Positions 63,401-64,000 of a stretch of 64,000 nt of DNA are shown here, one piece after another. Position 1 is the first letter of the stretch. Each line of letters starts with the position of its first letter. Source of the stretch: Bilabrum cf. latius (lineage: Eukaryota); the NCBI GenBank assembly GCA_965178125.1, contig OZ237736.1, positions 1,054,001-1,118,000 on the forward strand, read 5' to 3'. Both the position numbers and the translations under genes were made by a program. The notes beneath the pieces were generated by a model that had not been told where the DNA came from, did not search any database, and saw nothing but the letters and a program-made list of their open reading frames with translations.

Positions 63401-64000
63401 GGCGTCAGAGGACTTTCCAGACAGCGGCTTTCACACCGAAGGCTTCTCAAGCTCAAGTCGGACTCTGGCTGACTCCGGCTCGTCCTCTCAGTAGCAACTA
63501 GACGGGGATGAGACGGGTCCAACAGCTAACGCAGACCTGGAAGAACTGGAAGAACTAGAAAAACAAGAGAAGGAGCTGCGCAAGACGCGAAGGTCTGCCG
63601 GCAAGGCAGCAGAGTCAATGCAGGACGGCATGCTGGAGGACATCGTGGAGCTGCTCAATGTGTTCGGTATCCCTTACCTTCGAGCTCCTATGGAAGCTGA
63701 GGCACAATGTGCTGAGCTGGAGAGGCTGGGCCTAGTTGAAGGCGTCATCACGGACGATTCAGATGCCTTCTTGTTTGGCGCCCGGCACGTGTACCGCAAC
63801 ATCTTCGACTAGGGCAAGTATGTCGAGGAGTATCGGATGCCCGACATTGAAGCCGACTTGGGCCTGTCTCGAGAGAGCCTACAGCGACTTGCTCTGTTCC
63901 TTGGGTCTGATTACACGGACGGTCTCAAGGGAATTGGAATCGTGACTGCATCAGAGATTATGCACGCTTTTCCTGGCGATGAGGGCCTGAAGGAGTTTGC
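60416..64000 (+). CDS. ERCC5: XPG/RAD2 nucleotide-excision-repair endonuclease, 5' part (runs off the window); intron 60491..60605
   Basis: N-domain [56 protein letters not shown]-like [12 protein letters not shown]-domain [36 protein letters not shown]. Many in-frame TAG. Confidence 0.93.

Noticed and set aside
1-64000. Interpreting the stop-interrupted genes as pseudogenes or C-to-T sequencing/deamination damage
   Set aside because: Only TAG interrupts frames. I saw no matching CAA>TAA or CGA>TGA stops and no frameshifts, conserved housekeeping genes are affected, and the flanking context of the TAGs varies.
1-64000. tRNA/rRNA genes (including a suppressor tRNA-Gln CUA), transposons or endogenous virus/virophage
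   Set aside because: None was recognisable by eye, and nearly all the sequence is accounted for by host protein genes. tRNAscan-SE would be needed to exclude a tRNA.

Overview
This is gene-dense, GC-rich eukaryotic nuclear DNA with short GT-AG introns (about 87-142 nt). The gene set and style suggest a protist, plausibly a heterotrophic stramenopile, but that is inference only. About 20 protein-coding genes are present: HID1, an insulysin-like M16 peptidase, a polycystin-2-like channel, an IQ-containing pseudo-amidase, a large multi-EF-hand protein, a degenerate alpha/beta hydrolase, a GNAT-PhzF fusion, SQOR, an orphan secreted protein, a SAP/RCC1 protein, a YHM2-like carrier, a PL8 lyase, a TSP1/EGF membrane protein, a GALNS-like sulfatase, an SLC35F-like transporter, ALG2, an RPEL-kelch protein, a PX-AGC kinase, ATG101 and XPG. 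The main result is that most genes contain in-frame TAG codons. These fall on conserved Gln positions (SQOR HYY*P, kinase FAF*, XPG WIT*F, PL8 Y*HG, SLC35F ST*L, GALNS P*Y), while every gene end I traced is TGA or TAA. The organism therefore appears to use a non-standard nuclear code with UAG=Gln and UAA/UGA=stop, which is why the supplied ORF track is fragmented. Gene models below are read by hand with TAG=Gln, and family calls come from recognised motifs, not database searches.
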